Assembly: GCF_018350175.1 (NCBI RefSeq)
Contig: NC_058383.1
Span: 3,100,001 to 3,164,000, forward strand
DNA: 64,000 bases
From: Felis catus
Taxonomy: Eukaryota
Reading direction: 5' to 3'
This document shows positions 25,521-39,901 of this stretch, piece after piece; within the stretch, counting starts at the first letter, position 1; each line of letters opens with the position of its first letter. The position numbers were made by a program, and so were the translations under genes. The notes under the pieces were generated by a model. The model was not told the DNA's origin, made no database searches, and saw only the letters and a list, made by a program, of their open reading frames with translations.

Positions 25521-27284
25521 TGAAACCCTGTATGTTCTTCCTTTTCTCTCCTGTCTGTCCCTTTTTTGCATACCCACCATCATTTTCGGTTCTTACTACC
25601 TTCTGTCTGGCTGTCAGCTTATTACTTTCCTGCTTCCGTCTTCCGGTTCACCAAGTAGATTTTCCTAAATATCGCTCACTCTGGTGATTACATACTGAAT
25701 TAAAAAGAAAACCCTCAGCGTTACCTATTTCATTCATGATTAAATTTCGTCTATTTTTCTGGTATTCAGAGCTACTCAGAAATCTGTTGTTGTTGTAGTT
25801 TCACCAAGAAGAGATAACATCTTACCAGGGAAGATTAGCCGGCTCTTACAGTGATTCATCACCACGTCCAGAATCAGTCCTGAGCTCTGCACATCCCAAA
25901 GTGTTGTGTTTTCATTTTTGCATTTTTGTCTGAATTCTTGAAATGGATCCTCCTCAGAGGAGGGAGAGTAACGTGAGAGCCAAACACCCATTTACAATGT
26001 GGGGTAGCACATTCCAATGACTTACATTCGTATCTGTTCTCTAGGCCACCCTCTCTCCAGTATCACAGTATCTAGGAAGCCAAGTTGGTATTACACAATT
26101 GCTTTCTGTGCAGACAAAAGGAGCTAGGACATTGTAACAAAATATTTATTCTGAGCCACAGAGAGGCTAGACACTTTGTTCTATCTTGACAGCAGTCTAC
26201 CTGGGTTTTTTTTTTATATGCATCCACATCAATCTCTTTTTCTCTCTTGGATTGGGCCAGAGAAACACAGCCAAATCTTTGTTCTTTGAAGCTCTTTTTT
26301 CCAGCCTGCTTGATGGCCTGCCCTGACCCTGCCCCCCTCACTAATTAGAGTCCTTCCTCAGGAAGAGCAGAGAACACCTAAATCAAGTTTGGCCACTGTG
26401 CTACTGCAAGTAGCCTTTTCTTCTGAGTTACTACATGTCTCCTGTTCCCTTGGCTCCTCCCCCCATGTTCTGGTCCCTCTGTCCACCCGTGGACATCTCC
26501 TTGAGCTGGCCCAGCTTATCCCTTTTAATCCTGCTCCAAAAAGTATTGTGCTTTAGGCAGAACTAGATCCCTTACAATTTTTGAAACATCTTATTGTTTC
26601 TCCTGTCTTTACCTCTGGTTAATTATGTCGTTTCTTTGTCTCGGTTACCCTGTCCCTGGCTCCATTAAATCTACACCTTCTGAAAAATCCCATTTGCTGA
26701 CCTGTAGTGAACCTTTCCAGCTCATTCCTCTTCCTCTAGGAAGTGCCTTACAATCACATTTCCTGCTGAAGGGCAGAAACTGGTGGACCATGTTTGAACC
26801 ACATGAGTCCTTCCTCTGAAACAGCAATCAGTCCATCGGCTTGTTATTGATTAATCATAATCTTTAAAGAAAGCTGAACTAAAAAAGTCCGGACACCATA
26901 AAGCCTGTACAGTTGTTTCTTGGAAAAACCAAAGGCACGTATCATCTAGAGTTAGAGGGTTACAGGGGAGCCACAATAAGCAGAGGACGCACTCCTCCAA
27001 AGGGTGATGTGCGACAGGTACTAACAGGGAAGTGGAAATGAGAGGCATGAGGCCCAGGGAGAGATGAAGACAGAATGCTGGATCCGTCCCGGGTGGCTCA
27101 GCACCTCCTGTTACGGTGCTGCTGCCCCTGCATGTGACTGTGCTTCATTTCCAGCAGATCTGTGTCCTCGTGCTGTGTATGTGGCGTAAATAAAGCGGGT
27201 CTTTCTCCCAACCTCTTCCAGCCCTGAGTCTTTTCTGCGCAGAGGTAACATCTTTTTTTCCTTAATTTTAAAAATTACAGTAGA

Positions 27285-27483
27285 GGGGCGCGTGGGTGGC
27301 TCACTTAACAGTCCAACTTCGGCTCAGGTCATGTACTCGTGGTTCATGAGCTCGAGCCCCATGTTGGGCTCTGCGCTGACAGCTCAGAGCCTGGAGCCTG
27401 CTTCAGATTCTGTCTCTCTCTCTCTCTGCCCCTTCCCCGCTCATGCTATGTCTCTCAACATTAAAAAGAATAAATTAAAAAAA
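27285..27483 (+). mobile_element. CanSINE
   Basis: SINE head and tail; TSD aaaaattacagta. Confidence 0.93.
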
Positions 27484-27796
27484 TTACAGTATAAAATTCA
27501 CCCTCTTCAGTGTACAGGTCAGTGAATTTTGACAAATACATGAAGTTCTTAATCCACCACCATAATCAAGGTATAAAATACCTCCGTCACCCTGAAAACT
27601 CTCCTGTGCTTTGAACTCTCCCCCTACCAGCCCTTGGCAATCACTGATCTGTTTTTTGTCCCCCTATAGTTTTGAATTTTTCAGAATGTCATACAGACGG
27701 AATCTTAGAGCATATACTGGAGGCTGTTGAGTTTGGAGTCTCTCCTTCTGCATAATACATTTGTGGTTCGTGTGCGTTGTTGTGTGTGCATCAGTA

Positions 27797-28852
27797 CAGG
27801 CATATCCTGTTTCAGTGTGTGCTTCACTTTATTATGCTTTGTAGATACTGCGGTTTTTACAGTTGAAGGTTTGTGGCAACCCTGCGTTAGGCGAGTCTCT
27901 CGGCACCATTTTTCTAACGGCATTTGGTAATTTTCACCATATTTTACACTTTTTCATTGTTATTAGTTATAGTGATCTGTGGTCGGTGATCTTTGATGTT
28001 ACTATTACAGTTGTTTTTGGGGTGCCATGAACTGTGCCCACATAAGATGGCAAACGAAATCAATAAATGTTGTGTGTATTCCGACCACTCTATCAGCTGG
28101 CTGTTCCCCCGTCTCTCTCCTCGGACCCTCCCATTCCCTGAGACTGCAGATGTGATGGAAATACAGGAGAACTGAAATGAGAAGTGGAGCCTGAAGATGG
28201 AACTGAATGTTGCAATCTCATGATAAAACTGTGAGGGATGAGGAGTTGCTTGGTATGGACGAGCAAAGACCGTGGTTTCTTGAGATGGACGCCACTCCCG
28301 GTGAAGATGCTGTGAAGACTGCTGAAATGACAACAAAGGATTGAGAATATTATATAAACTTAGTTGATAAAGCAGCAGCAAGTTGTGAGAGCGTTGACTC
28401 CCAAGAAGTTCTCTTGTGGGTAAAATGCTATCAAGCTGCATCACAAGCTACAGAGAAATCCTTGGTGAAAAGAAGAGTCAGTCCATGTGGTAAACTTCAA
28501 AGCTGTCTCGTTTTAACAAATGGCCACAGCCACCCCAACCTTCAGCAGCCACCACCCTGATCAGTCAGAAGCCGTCAACATCAAGGCAAGACCTTCCACC
28601 AGAAAAAAAGATTGCAACTCAGATGATCATTAGCGTTTTTTTTTTTAGCAATAAAGTATTTTTTAATCAAGGGTATGTACATTGTTTTTTGGACATACTT
28701 CTACTGCACATTTAATAGATTGCAGTTTAGGGTGAACATAATGTTTATGTGCACTGGGAAACCAAAAAAAATTCATTGACTTGCTTTATTGCAATATTTG
28801 CTGTATTGCGGTGGTCTGGAACTGAACCTGCAGTATTCCCAAGGTATGCCCA
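27797..28852 (+). mobile_element. Internally deleted Tigger1 (Tc1/mariner-pogo DNA transposon) inserted in an antisense L1 3' end (~27480-29090)
   Basis: TA followed by a CAGGCATA 5' terminus; gaaggtttgtggcaaccctgcg; 3' end gcactgggaaaccaaaaa...gcggtggtctggaac...aggtatgcc matches the recalled Tigger1 ends. No intact transposase. Confidence 0.88.
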
Positions 28853-29204
28853 CATTTCCTTTTTGTTCCTTAGGAGTATTTTACTGTGCAGATGTATCTC
28901 AGTTTGTTATTCTCCTCACCAAATATTTCGGATATTTCTAGTTGGGGCCAATTACAAATAAAACTACTATAAACGGCCACAAAAAAGTTTTTCTGTAAGT
29001 ATAGTCTTTATTTAACTGAGTTAAATTCCTAGAGTGGGCTTGCTGCGTCTAAGGTAACTGTATGTTTACCTTTCTAAGAAACTTACAAGAAATTTCAAAG
29101 TTCTCATTGGCAATAATCAGAAACCTATCATTCTATACCTAGCTAACCTATCATTTATCCATGAGGAAGGAGGGATAATGGCATTTTAAGACCTGTGGCA
29201 TGCC

Positions 29205-29763
29205 CTTATTATCTGTTGTTGCCTAATTAACCACCCTGAAGTTGAGTAGCTTAGCACAAAACAAAAAAAATTACTTATTTTGTACCCAAATCTGCAATTT
29301 GGGCAGGGATGGGAAGACTTCTCTTTGTTCCACATATTGTCAGCTAGGGTAGCTGAGCTAGTGGCAGCACACTCCTCCTTTTAAATGACTCCTCTCATGC
29401 CTGCAACTTGATGTTGACTCTGCATGGGTGGTCTATCCAGGCTTGAGGGCCAAAGGCCTCAGTTCCTTTTCACATGGGCCTCTTCATGTGGTCTGGGCTC
29501 TTTGAGAGCATGATAGCTGGATTGCAAAGGCAAATGTCCCAAGAGGAAGAGCCATGTGGAAACTGTATTGCCTTTTATGACTAACTTTGAAGTCAGACAG
29601 TGTTATTTTCACAGTTATATTATTAGCTGAGATAGTCCTACAGGCCTGCCCTGGTTCAAGAGAAGAGACTTCATCTATTAATGAGAGAGGTGGCAAGGAT
29701 CTGGACGAGCATGTCTTGTGGGAAATATTGTTGTGACTCATTTGGAAATTAAAATCTGCCACA
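29205..29763 (-). mobile_element. MaLR solo LTR (MLT1F/G/H-like)
   Basis: aaccaccctgaagttgagtagctta ... tctgcaatttgggcaggg ... ctcagttccttttcacatgggcctct ... aatctgccaca. Confidence 0.7.
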
Positions 29764-30169
29764 TAATGCCTCAAGAAGTTTACCACTTACCAAATCTCTT
29801 TGAATGTATTAAAAACGGGTACATTCTAGGAAAAAGAAAAAGAATCAAGGGAAAAGTAGAATATAAGGAGTGGTAATGAAAAGTAAAGTGGTAAAATGTA
29901 TTGATTAGTCTTAATTGCATGCTGAATTTTTTTAAATTTAAAATGTGGGACCAAAATCTCATGATAACACAAAAAAGTATAGGAAGAGAGGGAAGAAAAA
30001 GCTTGTGTAGGTTCTCTTTTTGTTTTATGAAATGATATAGATACTTAGTGACTCTGGACTTTGTTATAGTTTTTTTTTTTTTTTTTGGAAAAAAAAAATG
30101 AAGCTTTTTGAGGTGTATGTGACGTATGATATTACAGAATTGTTTATGAGAATATTTGGGACATGAACA

Positions 30170-31880
30170 GGCTCTACAGTGTTTCTTCACCTCCTTTTCA
30201 CACATCAACTCATGACACTCTGCTTCTGCTCCCACCACAATGGAGTCATTTTCTGTTCTTATCCTGCTTAAGCTTAGCCAGTTCACTTGACTCTTTGGTT
30301 CACTTTCTCTTTCTGTTTTAAGAAGTCTATTCTTGATTCCGTAAAATGATACATCCTGTTTGCTTTCCCTGTCTGTTGGATTTTTTTTTTTTTTTTTTGC
30401 CAGGTCACCTTCCTCTAAATACTGGATTTTCTCAGTCTTTGGTCGTAGGATTTCTTACCCCCCACCTTATTCTGTCTCCTTTGGCAATCTCACGTAAGTC
30501 CATAGTTCACATACCAGCTATAGTATTTGCCAGCGACTCACAAATTAGTTCACCAGCCCAACCCACTGCTCTGACATTCAAACCTATATATTTAGTGTCC
30601 TCTTCATGGTATTTTACTAGATTTTCTTCAAAGGTACATCGATCCTGTCTTCCCTCTGTCCTGCTTCACCCCACAAACATGCTGGTTCTCCTCCAGTACT
30701 CCTTTCTGCATCTAGATGACACCACCATCCAACAGTGGTCCAAGCCAGAACCAAGGAATTGTCCTTGAGACTTCTTTTTCTCCAATACTACATCTGGTCA
30801 ATCACCATTTTCTTTTTATTGTGCCACCTCATATCCCACAAACCCACTCACATCTCTGTGTCCACCTCTGCCACCATCCCTGGCTGAACTGCTGCTTCTC
30901 TCATAAATTTCTCCCTGAGTGTTGTAACTTGTATCCCTATGTCCATTTTTGTTTTCTCAATCCATTCGTCATGTTGTCGACAGAATGATTGGTTAACGTG
31001 AATGTGATGCCACTTTCGTGCTTAACGTCCATTAGTATCTTGGTCCAAGTAACCAAATCCCTAATGTAACCTACAAGGTCTATATACTACGGTTCCTTAC
31101 TTCCTCACCCGGCCTAATTTCTCAGCTTCGTGTCTCTGTCTCAGAAGCTCCGCCAAGCCACTTTGTGTAATGGTCAGTGTCTACGGTCAGACTGCCTGAA
31201 TTTGAATCTTTGTTGTTGTTGTTTTTGCTTACTCTAGCTGTGATCTTGGACAAGTTCTTATGGGATGTTGTGAATTAAATATGCAGAAATATGTGAAGTG
31301 GTAGCATATTGCCTAACATTTAGGAAGGCCCCAGTAGATGTTAACTTATTTCCTTGAGGAAACTGCCATTCCTCATGACTCATGGAATTCCTACTGGCGC
31401 TTCTTTCTGCCAGGATGCTCCAATCGTGTCACCTGGTTAATAAGGACTTAGCCTGTTCAGGTAGGACCTTCCATCCTCCTTGGGCCGGGACAGACCCAGT
31501 GCATGTCTCTTGTAGATCACTTAACACCTATTAATTATTTTTAAGGCATCCCCTTTACTACTGGTTTGTGTAGTAAATTATATGGTCACCCTTCCATGCT
31601 CAGTTCACAAGTGGCTTTTTCTATGGAACTTTCCTGATTCCACCAAGTCCAGCCCCTTATTACTTGTTCTCCTAGCACATCCTGCATCTTTCTTTGCAGT
31701 AGTTATGACAGTTACAGCGAACACGGGTCATTGTGTAACGACTTCCTTGTTTATTTCTCCCGTTGGGTTGTGAGCTCTCTGAGGATGAGGATGGGCTGTT
31801 TTGCCTCATCACTGATTCCACAGCATTGGTCTTGTTTGGAGTCAGTGCTCACTAAATGTTGCTAGAGGAAAGAAGAAACA
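30170..31880 (+). mobile_element. Fragmented L2 LINE with MIR piece (~31165-31350)
   Basis: Pyrimidine-rich L2 ORF2/3' motifs (caagccagaaccaaggaattgtccttgagac; tgtgagctctctgagg...gtgctcactaaatgtt). Confidence 0.6.
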
Positions 31881-34489
31881 CTAAGCCAGGAATCTGATCT
31901 GGCCTTTCCTGCTGTTTCTGCCATTAAATGTCAAGTCACATCCCCTCTCTGGGCCTCATTCTCGACCTGAAAAATGACTAAGTTGGACTTGATGTTCTCT
32001 AAAGCTCCTTTGACTCTACATTATGAGTATAGGTACATCAAAGTACTTTTTTACCTATTTTCTAATATTTAGAATCATAAATTCTAAGAAATACATGGAA
32101 TCAATTTAGACACCACCCCCCCCAAAACCAGAATACTATCTCTATATTACCCAGTGAATGTAGCTTTGATTGTTACCTTTTCTTATTTTCAACACCTGAA
32201 ATGTACACTGCAATATTATCTGTTTTTCTCAATACGTTTGAGAAGAACATATAGTCTATATGATTGCATGATCATTACTATACCTGTTAAGTTGAAAACT
32301 GAGCTAATAGGAAAAAAATATCCAAGTTAAAATTATTTAAAATAAATTTGGCTTTCTCTAGGTAGTTAACCAATCAAAGACATTTTTTGTTATTGTTGCT
32401 GTTGTCATTCAAAAAAAACAATCCTTGAAGAGAGAGTGTCATGAAAAATCGAAAGCATTCTTGAGTTTTATAATGAAATTAGGTAGAAAGTAAGAGCAAG
32501 CAATGAAATCTATAGCACTAGTGGGAAATCTTGAAACATTTTATAAGGTTTTTGTTTTTTTCTTCTAATTTAATTGGCTCTCACATGTCTGTGAGGTTGG
32601 GAAGGTTTTTTTTTGTTTGCTTGCTCGCGGGTTGTTTCTATTTCATAATGTGAGGAAGCATGCTCACCCTCACAGCTGATATGACCCCTAACACAGCAGT
32701 TGCTTACAGCTAAAGGCAGGGGGACCTTGGAAACTGGGAAATAGCTCCTCCGAAGTCATTGTGGCTTCTGGGACAACTTAATGTTTTGGGATATAAAGTC
32801 TCCTGAAGGTTTTAAGAAATTTTTTTTGGTAACTCTGAAGCGTGGTGGGTCACAGTGCAGTGACTATGTGTCTAAATTGAAGGGTTGTAGGATTGAGGGA
32901 CAGAGAATTGTAAAGGTGAGGCCTGTGACTGTGGTGAGAGGAGAAATGTCCTCAAGGCAGGACAGGAATGGACCTGCCATGTGTTATTACACTGTGGCCA
33001 GTAGTTCATGCTTTCCACCCCACCCACAAAACCTAGAAGTACTTTCCTGTTTCCTGGCCATATTGAAGGTAGGCCACTATGAAAAACTACATCTGAATTC
33101 ATGCTTCTGTGAACTCTTGAGACAAAAACTGAGGCATCAAGAGAGGATGTGTGGCTGAGGAAGATGAACTGGAAATGAGTGCCTGGGTAAGTCCAGGAGT
33201 GATCTCCATGGACTCTAGCACTGCCTCCATGAAGGACATGATACAGAGGAGTGAGAAAACGTGAGAGCACTCTAAGCGTGCAGGGAACACACTTGTGCCC
33301 GAATAGATCCCCAGCCTGAGGGACCCGCCTTTGAGTATCTGCAGTGAGTTGGGGGTAAAAGCTCTATTCCAACTTTGAAAACAGTGAAACGTTTCCTAGG
33401 TGCATCTTTCACTACACTTTGGAAGGATTCCAAATGATTCCCTCTTCATTTTCTTTTTTCTATCATTTTGAGAGGATAAACTTGTTATTTTTTAAACTTT
33501 CTTTGGCTATAGGGCAGCTCAGGCTGGTAGTGAATAAATACTTAAAGTACTAAGATACCTTTTTGTAGTACTTGACCAATTCGAAAGGCAGTGGTTCCTA
33601 ACTTTAATGATACACCGAGCTTTTCAGAAAATGAGTTCCAAAGGGGATTGATTCCTATCTGCAATACTTTCATCCTGCAGACGGGGCATTGATGACATTT
33701 GATAGGATGGAAGTGTGTAGCTAGAAGGAAGCATTGCAATCATCAATCCTGTGGGAGCCGTTCCTGATCAACAGAATCATTCATTGGATGGAACTATCTG
33801 AGAGCTGGACAGTGTCAATAGGGAAGAAAGATGGGATGAAAGCATTTGCTTTCTGGAAGAGTCTTCTCCCTCGAGTCATATGGCTTTGGTTAATGGGCTC
33901 TTATTTCCAGAATCCTGTCCTTTTTCTGTGTTTATTAGCTCACATGAGAACCTTAAAACCCCTAATAATTTATAATCAAATATTTTAAGATGTTAAAGTA
34001 AAATTACTGGGAGACTGCAGTCCTGCTGGGATTTGCCAGAGGAGTCGACCCACAACCCTTGTGAGATGCCTTGGTACAGTTTTCTTCTTTAATTTCTGAC
34101 CTACGTTGTTTTGAATTTTATGCTCTCCTAACGTAGTAGGTAGTTTTGTCTGACGGTGGGAAGGTAAAAAGTCTGTCATCAACTTGGAGCTTCTCTTCAG
34201 GACTGTATTCCCTGTTGTATTGCGTATGTGGTTGCTGGCAGGGTCACTTCATTTATTGCCAAAATAGTTTTCACCTCAGTATAGGAAAACGTGCCTCAAG
34301 TGTTGGTTTCATTTGAGTATTTTATGATAAAGCTCAGTCCTAAGTACCTTTTCTTGAATGTTGATTTTATTATTGGTAAGATGATTATAAATCAATCTTA
34401 AAAATAGGAGCACAGTAGTTTTATCCCTTTAAAGAGATTATTTTATTTATTTTTTAGAGAACAATGGATTGTATCAAAGAGTTTATTTT

Positions 34490-34903
34490 TTATTTATTTT
34501 TTGTTTTTGTTTATTTATTTATTTTTAAGTAGGCTTCACACCCAGCAGGGAGCCAATGCAGAGTCTGAACTCAGCCCCAAGATCAAGACCTGAGCTGAGA
34601 TCAAGAGTCGGATGCTTAACCCAGGTGCCTCTTTTCAAAGAGTTGTAATAGATGATAACAAGGCAATTTCTTTGATCATAGAGTTTGTTTTTTTTTTTTT
34701 TAACATTTTATTTATTTTTGAGACAGGGAGAGACAGATCATGAACAGGCAAGGGTCAGAGAGAGGGAGACACAGAATCTGGAACAGGCTCCAGGCTCCGA
34801 GCTGTCAGCACAGAGCCCGACGCGGGGCTCAAATTCACGGACTGCGAGATCATGACCTGAGCCGAAGTCGGCCGCTTAACCGACTGAGCCACCCAGGCGC
34901 CCC
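34490..34903 (-). mobile_element. Two CanSINEs (~34490-34630 older; 34687-34903 younger)
   Basis: The second copy has TSD tgatcatagagttt. Confidence 0.9.
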
Positions 34904-35519
34904 ATGATCATAGAGTTTTTAAGAACTTTTGAAGTTTGGACATCTGTTAAGGCAAAAAGGAAAGAATGAGGAAATACTCTGGATAGCACAGACTGGTCAC
35001 ACGTGGATTAAAGGACTATCAGTGTGCATGTGGAAATTGTGAGTCAAGAGATCATAAAAAATAAGGTAGAGACGGCATCAGAAATTGACTACAAGATGAG
35101 GGATAGTGGAAATCAAGTCAGATCACGTGATGTTAGAGACAGAGGCAGGTAAGGAAGAGGTAGAGAGGATTAAACAGAGCAGTGTAGCTAGGGGGACAGT
35201 TGCTTCTGCTCTAAGTCCGGTGGTACACAGCCACAGGAAGTCTAGAGAGGGCTGCAGGGGTGAGAGGGTCAGTAGGAGAGAGCCAGGTTCCAAGTGGAGC
35301 AAGGTGAAGCCAGAAGCTTTTGTAGAAGAGGTGGACCAGACAGGAGCCTTTGCAGGGGTTCAGCTGTGAGCCCCCATGGCATGGTGAGAGAGGTTGAGGA
35401 GCATGGGACTGCTGAGGAATGCAGCAGAGCAAGAGATGTGCAGGGGTGTCTAGGGATGGGAGTGCAGGAGATGCGAGATGAGCGGAGATTCTGGGACTTT
35501 ACCCATAAACAGGGAAAAG

Positions 35520-35723
35520 GCAGTGATGTGCTGTTTAATGTTTAATAACTAGCTTTTGGCAAGGAAGAGTTCTAATCGGGAGCATTTGCCGATTTCCATG
35601 GTGTAAATACTCCCACTAAAGCAGATTTCAGCTAGCACCACAGCATCATCTCTTGTGGAGCTGGATAGAAAAGCACAAAATTGGCACCTGTGAGCCAAAA
35701 GAAGTTGGCTACAGCCCTCACTG
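35520..35723. mobile_element. MER63-like hAT DNA transposon relic
   Basis: aatcgggagcatttgccgatttccatggtgtaaatactcccac ... cactg resembles the recalled MER63 consensus. Confidence 0.65.
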
Positions 35724-35984
35724 GAGAAAGGGTATGTTTGGATTAATCCTTGTGGGCAAGGCAGATAATTGGGCCAAAAATGTGAGTGGTAGAGCATAGG
35801 ATGCATTTGGTATCCATTTGGACCTCTGTGGATAGAGGCACAGTGACCTCAGGTTTCTTAGCTTAGGCCACATATACAGGCCTGGCTGGGATGGATTTGG
35901 CCCACAGGCTGTAGTTTGCCAATTACTATTAGAAACTTTATCATGCTTATAAAACATTTTCAGCTAGACATCTAATAGATACCT

Positions 35985-38575
35985 CAAATTCAAATCTGAT
36001 AAGAAATTAATATCCAGAATATACATATTTTTAAAGGATCCCACAACTCAATAAAAAAAAACTCAATTAAAAAATGGGTAAATTATTTGAACAGATACTT
36101 CCCCAAAGAAAATACACAAATGGCCAAAAGCATATTAAAAGATGCTCAGCATCATTAGTCATCTGGGAAATGCAAATCAAAACCACAATGAGATACCCAC
36201 TTTACACCCATTAGGATGGCTATTTCTAAAAAAAAAAAAGAAAGAAAGGAAAAAAATCAAGAAATAACAAACCTTGGGAAGAGGTGGAGAAATTGGAGCC
36301 CTCATGTATTGCTGATGAGATGGAAAATAGTGCAGCGGCTGTGGAAAAGTTTGGTAGTTCCTCAAAATGTTAAACAAAATTACCACATGATCCAGCAGTT
36401 TTAGTCCCGGGTATCGACCCCAAAGAGTTGAAAGCAGAGACTTAGGCAGGCATTTGCACACTCATTCACAGCAGCATCATTCACAATAGCAAAGGGCAGA
36501 AACAACTCTGGTGGTCATCAGATGAGTAGTGAACAAAATGTGGTCTGTACATATGGTGGAGAATCCTTCAGCTGTAAAAAGGAATGAATTTTTGAAAACT
36601 GCTACAACATGAATGAATCTTGAAAGCATGCGAAGTGAAAACAGCCAAACACAAAAAAGGGCCAAAATATCAGGTATCTAGAACAGGCAAATTCCTGGAG
36701 ACAGAAAGTGGGGTGGCAGTTCCCAGGGGCTGGGAGACGGGGGAATTGGGATGGTTGGTTAATGGGCACAATCTCCAATTGGGATGTTGAAAAAGATCTC
36801 GAAGTCAATAGGGGTGATGGTTGGCCAACTTTTTGAATATACTCAAGGCTATTAAATTGTCCACTTAAATGGTTAAAATGATAAATTTTATGTTATGTGT
36901 ATTTTACCACAATTTTAAAGAAAACAATTCAATGGAGGGAAAAATCATCTTTTCAGCCTATGTTGCTGGAGAAACTGGACGTCTGCAGGCAAAAACCATG
37001 AACCTCAACCTAACTCTCACCCCTCCTGCAAAAACAAAACAAACGAAAAAAAACCCACTTTAGGTGAAAGTATAACATGTAAGCCTACGACACTAGAGAC
37101 AAATGTGGAAGAAAATCTTCAGGACCTAGGAATTAGTGAAGATTTCTTAGACATGGCACCAAAAACATGATTCATAAATGAGTAAATTGTATTTCATTCA
37201 TCAGCACCGAAAACTTGTGCTGCGTGCCAGCTGCTGTGAAGAAGATGCAGTGAGACGCTGTGCACAGGCGGGGGGGGGGGGGGGGGGGGTGGGCGAGCCG
37301 TGCTCTTGTCAAGGACTTGCAACGGGAATGCGTGAGGAATGCTCAGAATTCAACAGTGAAAGTATCCAGCTGGAAATAACCTACCAAGTAAGCATGTCCA
37401 ACATCATGAGCCATTAGGAAAATGCAAATTCAAACCGCCATGAGATTTCACGATGCCTGTCAGAAGAGCCAAAATAAAAACTAGTGACAGCACCGGATCC
37501 CGCCAGGATGTGGAGAGGTTGAATCACCCATGCATCGCTGGGGGGCGCGTAAACAGGCACAGCCGGTCTGAAAACCATACACTTACCATATGACCCAGTG
37601 ATCACACTTCTTGGTGCCTATTCCAGAGAAGTGAAGAATTAGGATCCTACAGAAACGTGCACACAAACATGAGTAGCAGTTTCATTTGTGGGGCGCCGGG
37701 GTGGTTCACTTGGGTAAGTGTCCGACTTTGGCTCAGGTCATGATCCCATGGTTCAGGAGTTCAAGCCCCACGTCGTGCTCTGTGCTGACAGCTCAGAGCC
37801 CGGAGCCTGCTTTGGATTCTGTGTCTCCCTCTCTCTCTTGCCCCTCCCCTACTCATGCTCTGTCTCTGTCTCAAAAATTAATAAGCATCCAAAAAAATCG
37901 ACAGCGGTTTTATTTGTAATAGCCAAATTTAGAAATTTATTTGTAATTAGCCGAAAATTAGACATGACCCCATGTTCTCTAGTGGGTGACTGTAAACCAC
38001 CTGTGGTCTATACTGTGGAACACTATTCAGCAACAAAGAGGAATGGACTAATACTACAGACAACAACTTGAGTGGATCTCAAGGACGTTGTGCCAAGTGA
38101 AAACTATGCAATCACAAAAGGTTATGTGCGGTATGATTTCATTTATATAACATCCTCAAAATGACAGGGAGATGGAGGAAAGACGAATGGTTGCCAGGAG
38201 TTAGAGACAGAGGAGGGCTTGGAAGGGCCGTGGAGGGAAGACGGGTGGGTGTCAAGAGAGAGGGGGAGCACGAGGGATCCTTGTGGGGAGAGGAATTCTT
38301 CTGTATCTTGATTGTGGTGGTGGTCACACGGATGGTGCACACGTGCTAAACTTGCGTAGAACTGTGTGCACACGCAAATGAGTGCCTGTAGAGCTGGTGA
38401 CATCCAAACCAGGGCTGGGGACTTAACAGCACCTGTGCTGGTTTTGGTAGCGTGCTGTGGTTATGGAAGATTGTGCCTCTGGGGAGATTGGGTGAAGGGC
38501 ACACTAGACCTTTCGGTCCAATACCTGCATCTTTCTCTGAATCCGTTACCGTTTGAAATCTATGATTTTAAAACC
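35985..38575 (+). mobile_element. Two tandem L1 3' ends (L1MB-like 35985-36920; L1MC-like 36920-38575) with CanSINE at 37690-37897
   Basis: gggaaatgcaaatcaaaaccacaatgagata and aaatggttaaaatgataaattttatgttatgtgtattttaccacaat termini. Confidence 0.88.
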
Positions 38576-39401
38576 GAGTTGTGCACTTTAACAAATTATT
38601 ATAAACTAAATATTTGGAGAAGCAGTGTCAAGAAATGGATCACTGCAGCGTTTGAGAAGCCCCAGGTTTGCCCTTTCTCCCCCTTAAAGGCAGCAGCCCT
38701 CCTGACTTCTATATATGTTAGCGGCTCTGTGATTGCTTGTAATTTCCTGCCCCCCCCCCCCCAAGTGCTTTCGTTGAGTTTTGGGGCTTTATATAAATGG
38801 AAGTTTACTGTATATACTTTTCTGTGTCTGACCTCTTTCCCTCAACATTATTTTTATGAAACTTATACTTGTTCTAGAAAATACACATTCATTTTTATTG
38901 CTACTTAATATTCTGTTGTATGCATACATCACAGTGTGCTTATCCATTCTAGCATTAATAGACTTTTGAATTGTTACCTAAGTAGACTACTGGAAACAGT
39001 GCCTCTATGGCCATTGTCACACGTGTCCCCTGGTGTACCTGTGCACGTGCTGTTGTTGCGTTTTGCCTAGGAATGGAATTGCTGGGTCATAAAGACAAGC
39101 ACATTCCCAAATTTATGAGAAAATGCCTATTTTCAGTTTTTCCATTACACTTAATTGCCTTTTAATATACTTATTTATGATATTTATTTTATGTCTTTCA
39201 TTATTAGGGTATAATCTCCCAAGATATTGTTTTGCTTTGTTTTCTCTTTTGTATCTCCGGTACCTATAACCACAGGACATAGTAGGCACTTAAAAACTGT
39301 TCGTTGAAAGAATAAATTGAATCCATGGGTGTTACATATAAATGATAGCTTTTTCTTCACTGATTAACCCTCCTTTCACTTGAATCAGGTTAAAATGGAT
39401 A

Positions 39402-39901
39402 GAGGTCTGTAATCCTTTTGCTGGACCCCTTGAGACCAGACATATTTGGGAATTCAGAATTTTTATTTTTCAAATTTTGGAAAGATAATATAGTCTATAT
39501 TCTGTATATTACCTAATTACCATGGGTATGGTATGATTTCTAAGAGCATCTTGTAATCAGATGTATTAGTGTCTCTGCAGTGAAGCTATGACAATCGCTG
39601 AATGAGATCAGAAAAGCTCTAAATAGCCTTATATCAGTTAAAGCACTTGTTTAATAGAATTTTATGTGTTAAAAAAACCTTTTATTTATTTACTTTGAGA
39701 GAGAGAGCATGAGCAGGGGAGGGGAAGAGAGAGAGGGAGAGAGAGAATCCTAAGCAGACTGTGCTGTCAGCACAGAGCCCAACTCAGGGCTCGATCTCAG
39801 GAACCGTGAGATCATGATCTGATTGTAAATCAAGAGTGGGACGTTTAACCGACTGAGCTACCTGGGCGCCCCAACTGTGTGATAGAATTGCAAAGGATCT
39901 G
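39402..39901. mobile_element. MER46C-like Tigger element interrupted by an antisense CanSINE (39681-39873)
   Basis: aggtctgtaatcc...cccttgagaccagac...gaattcagaattttt ... taaatagccttatatcagtt matches the recalled MER46C; SINE body is clear. Confidence 0.7.
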
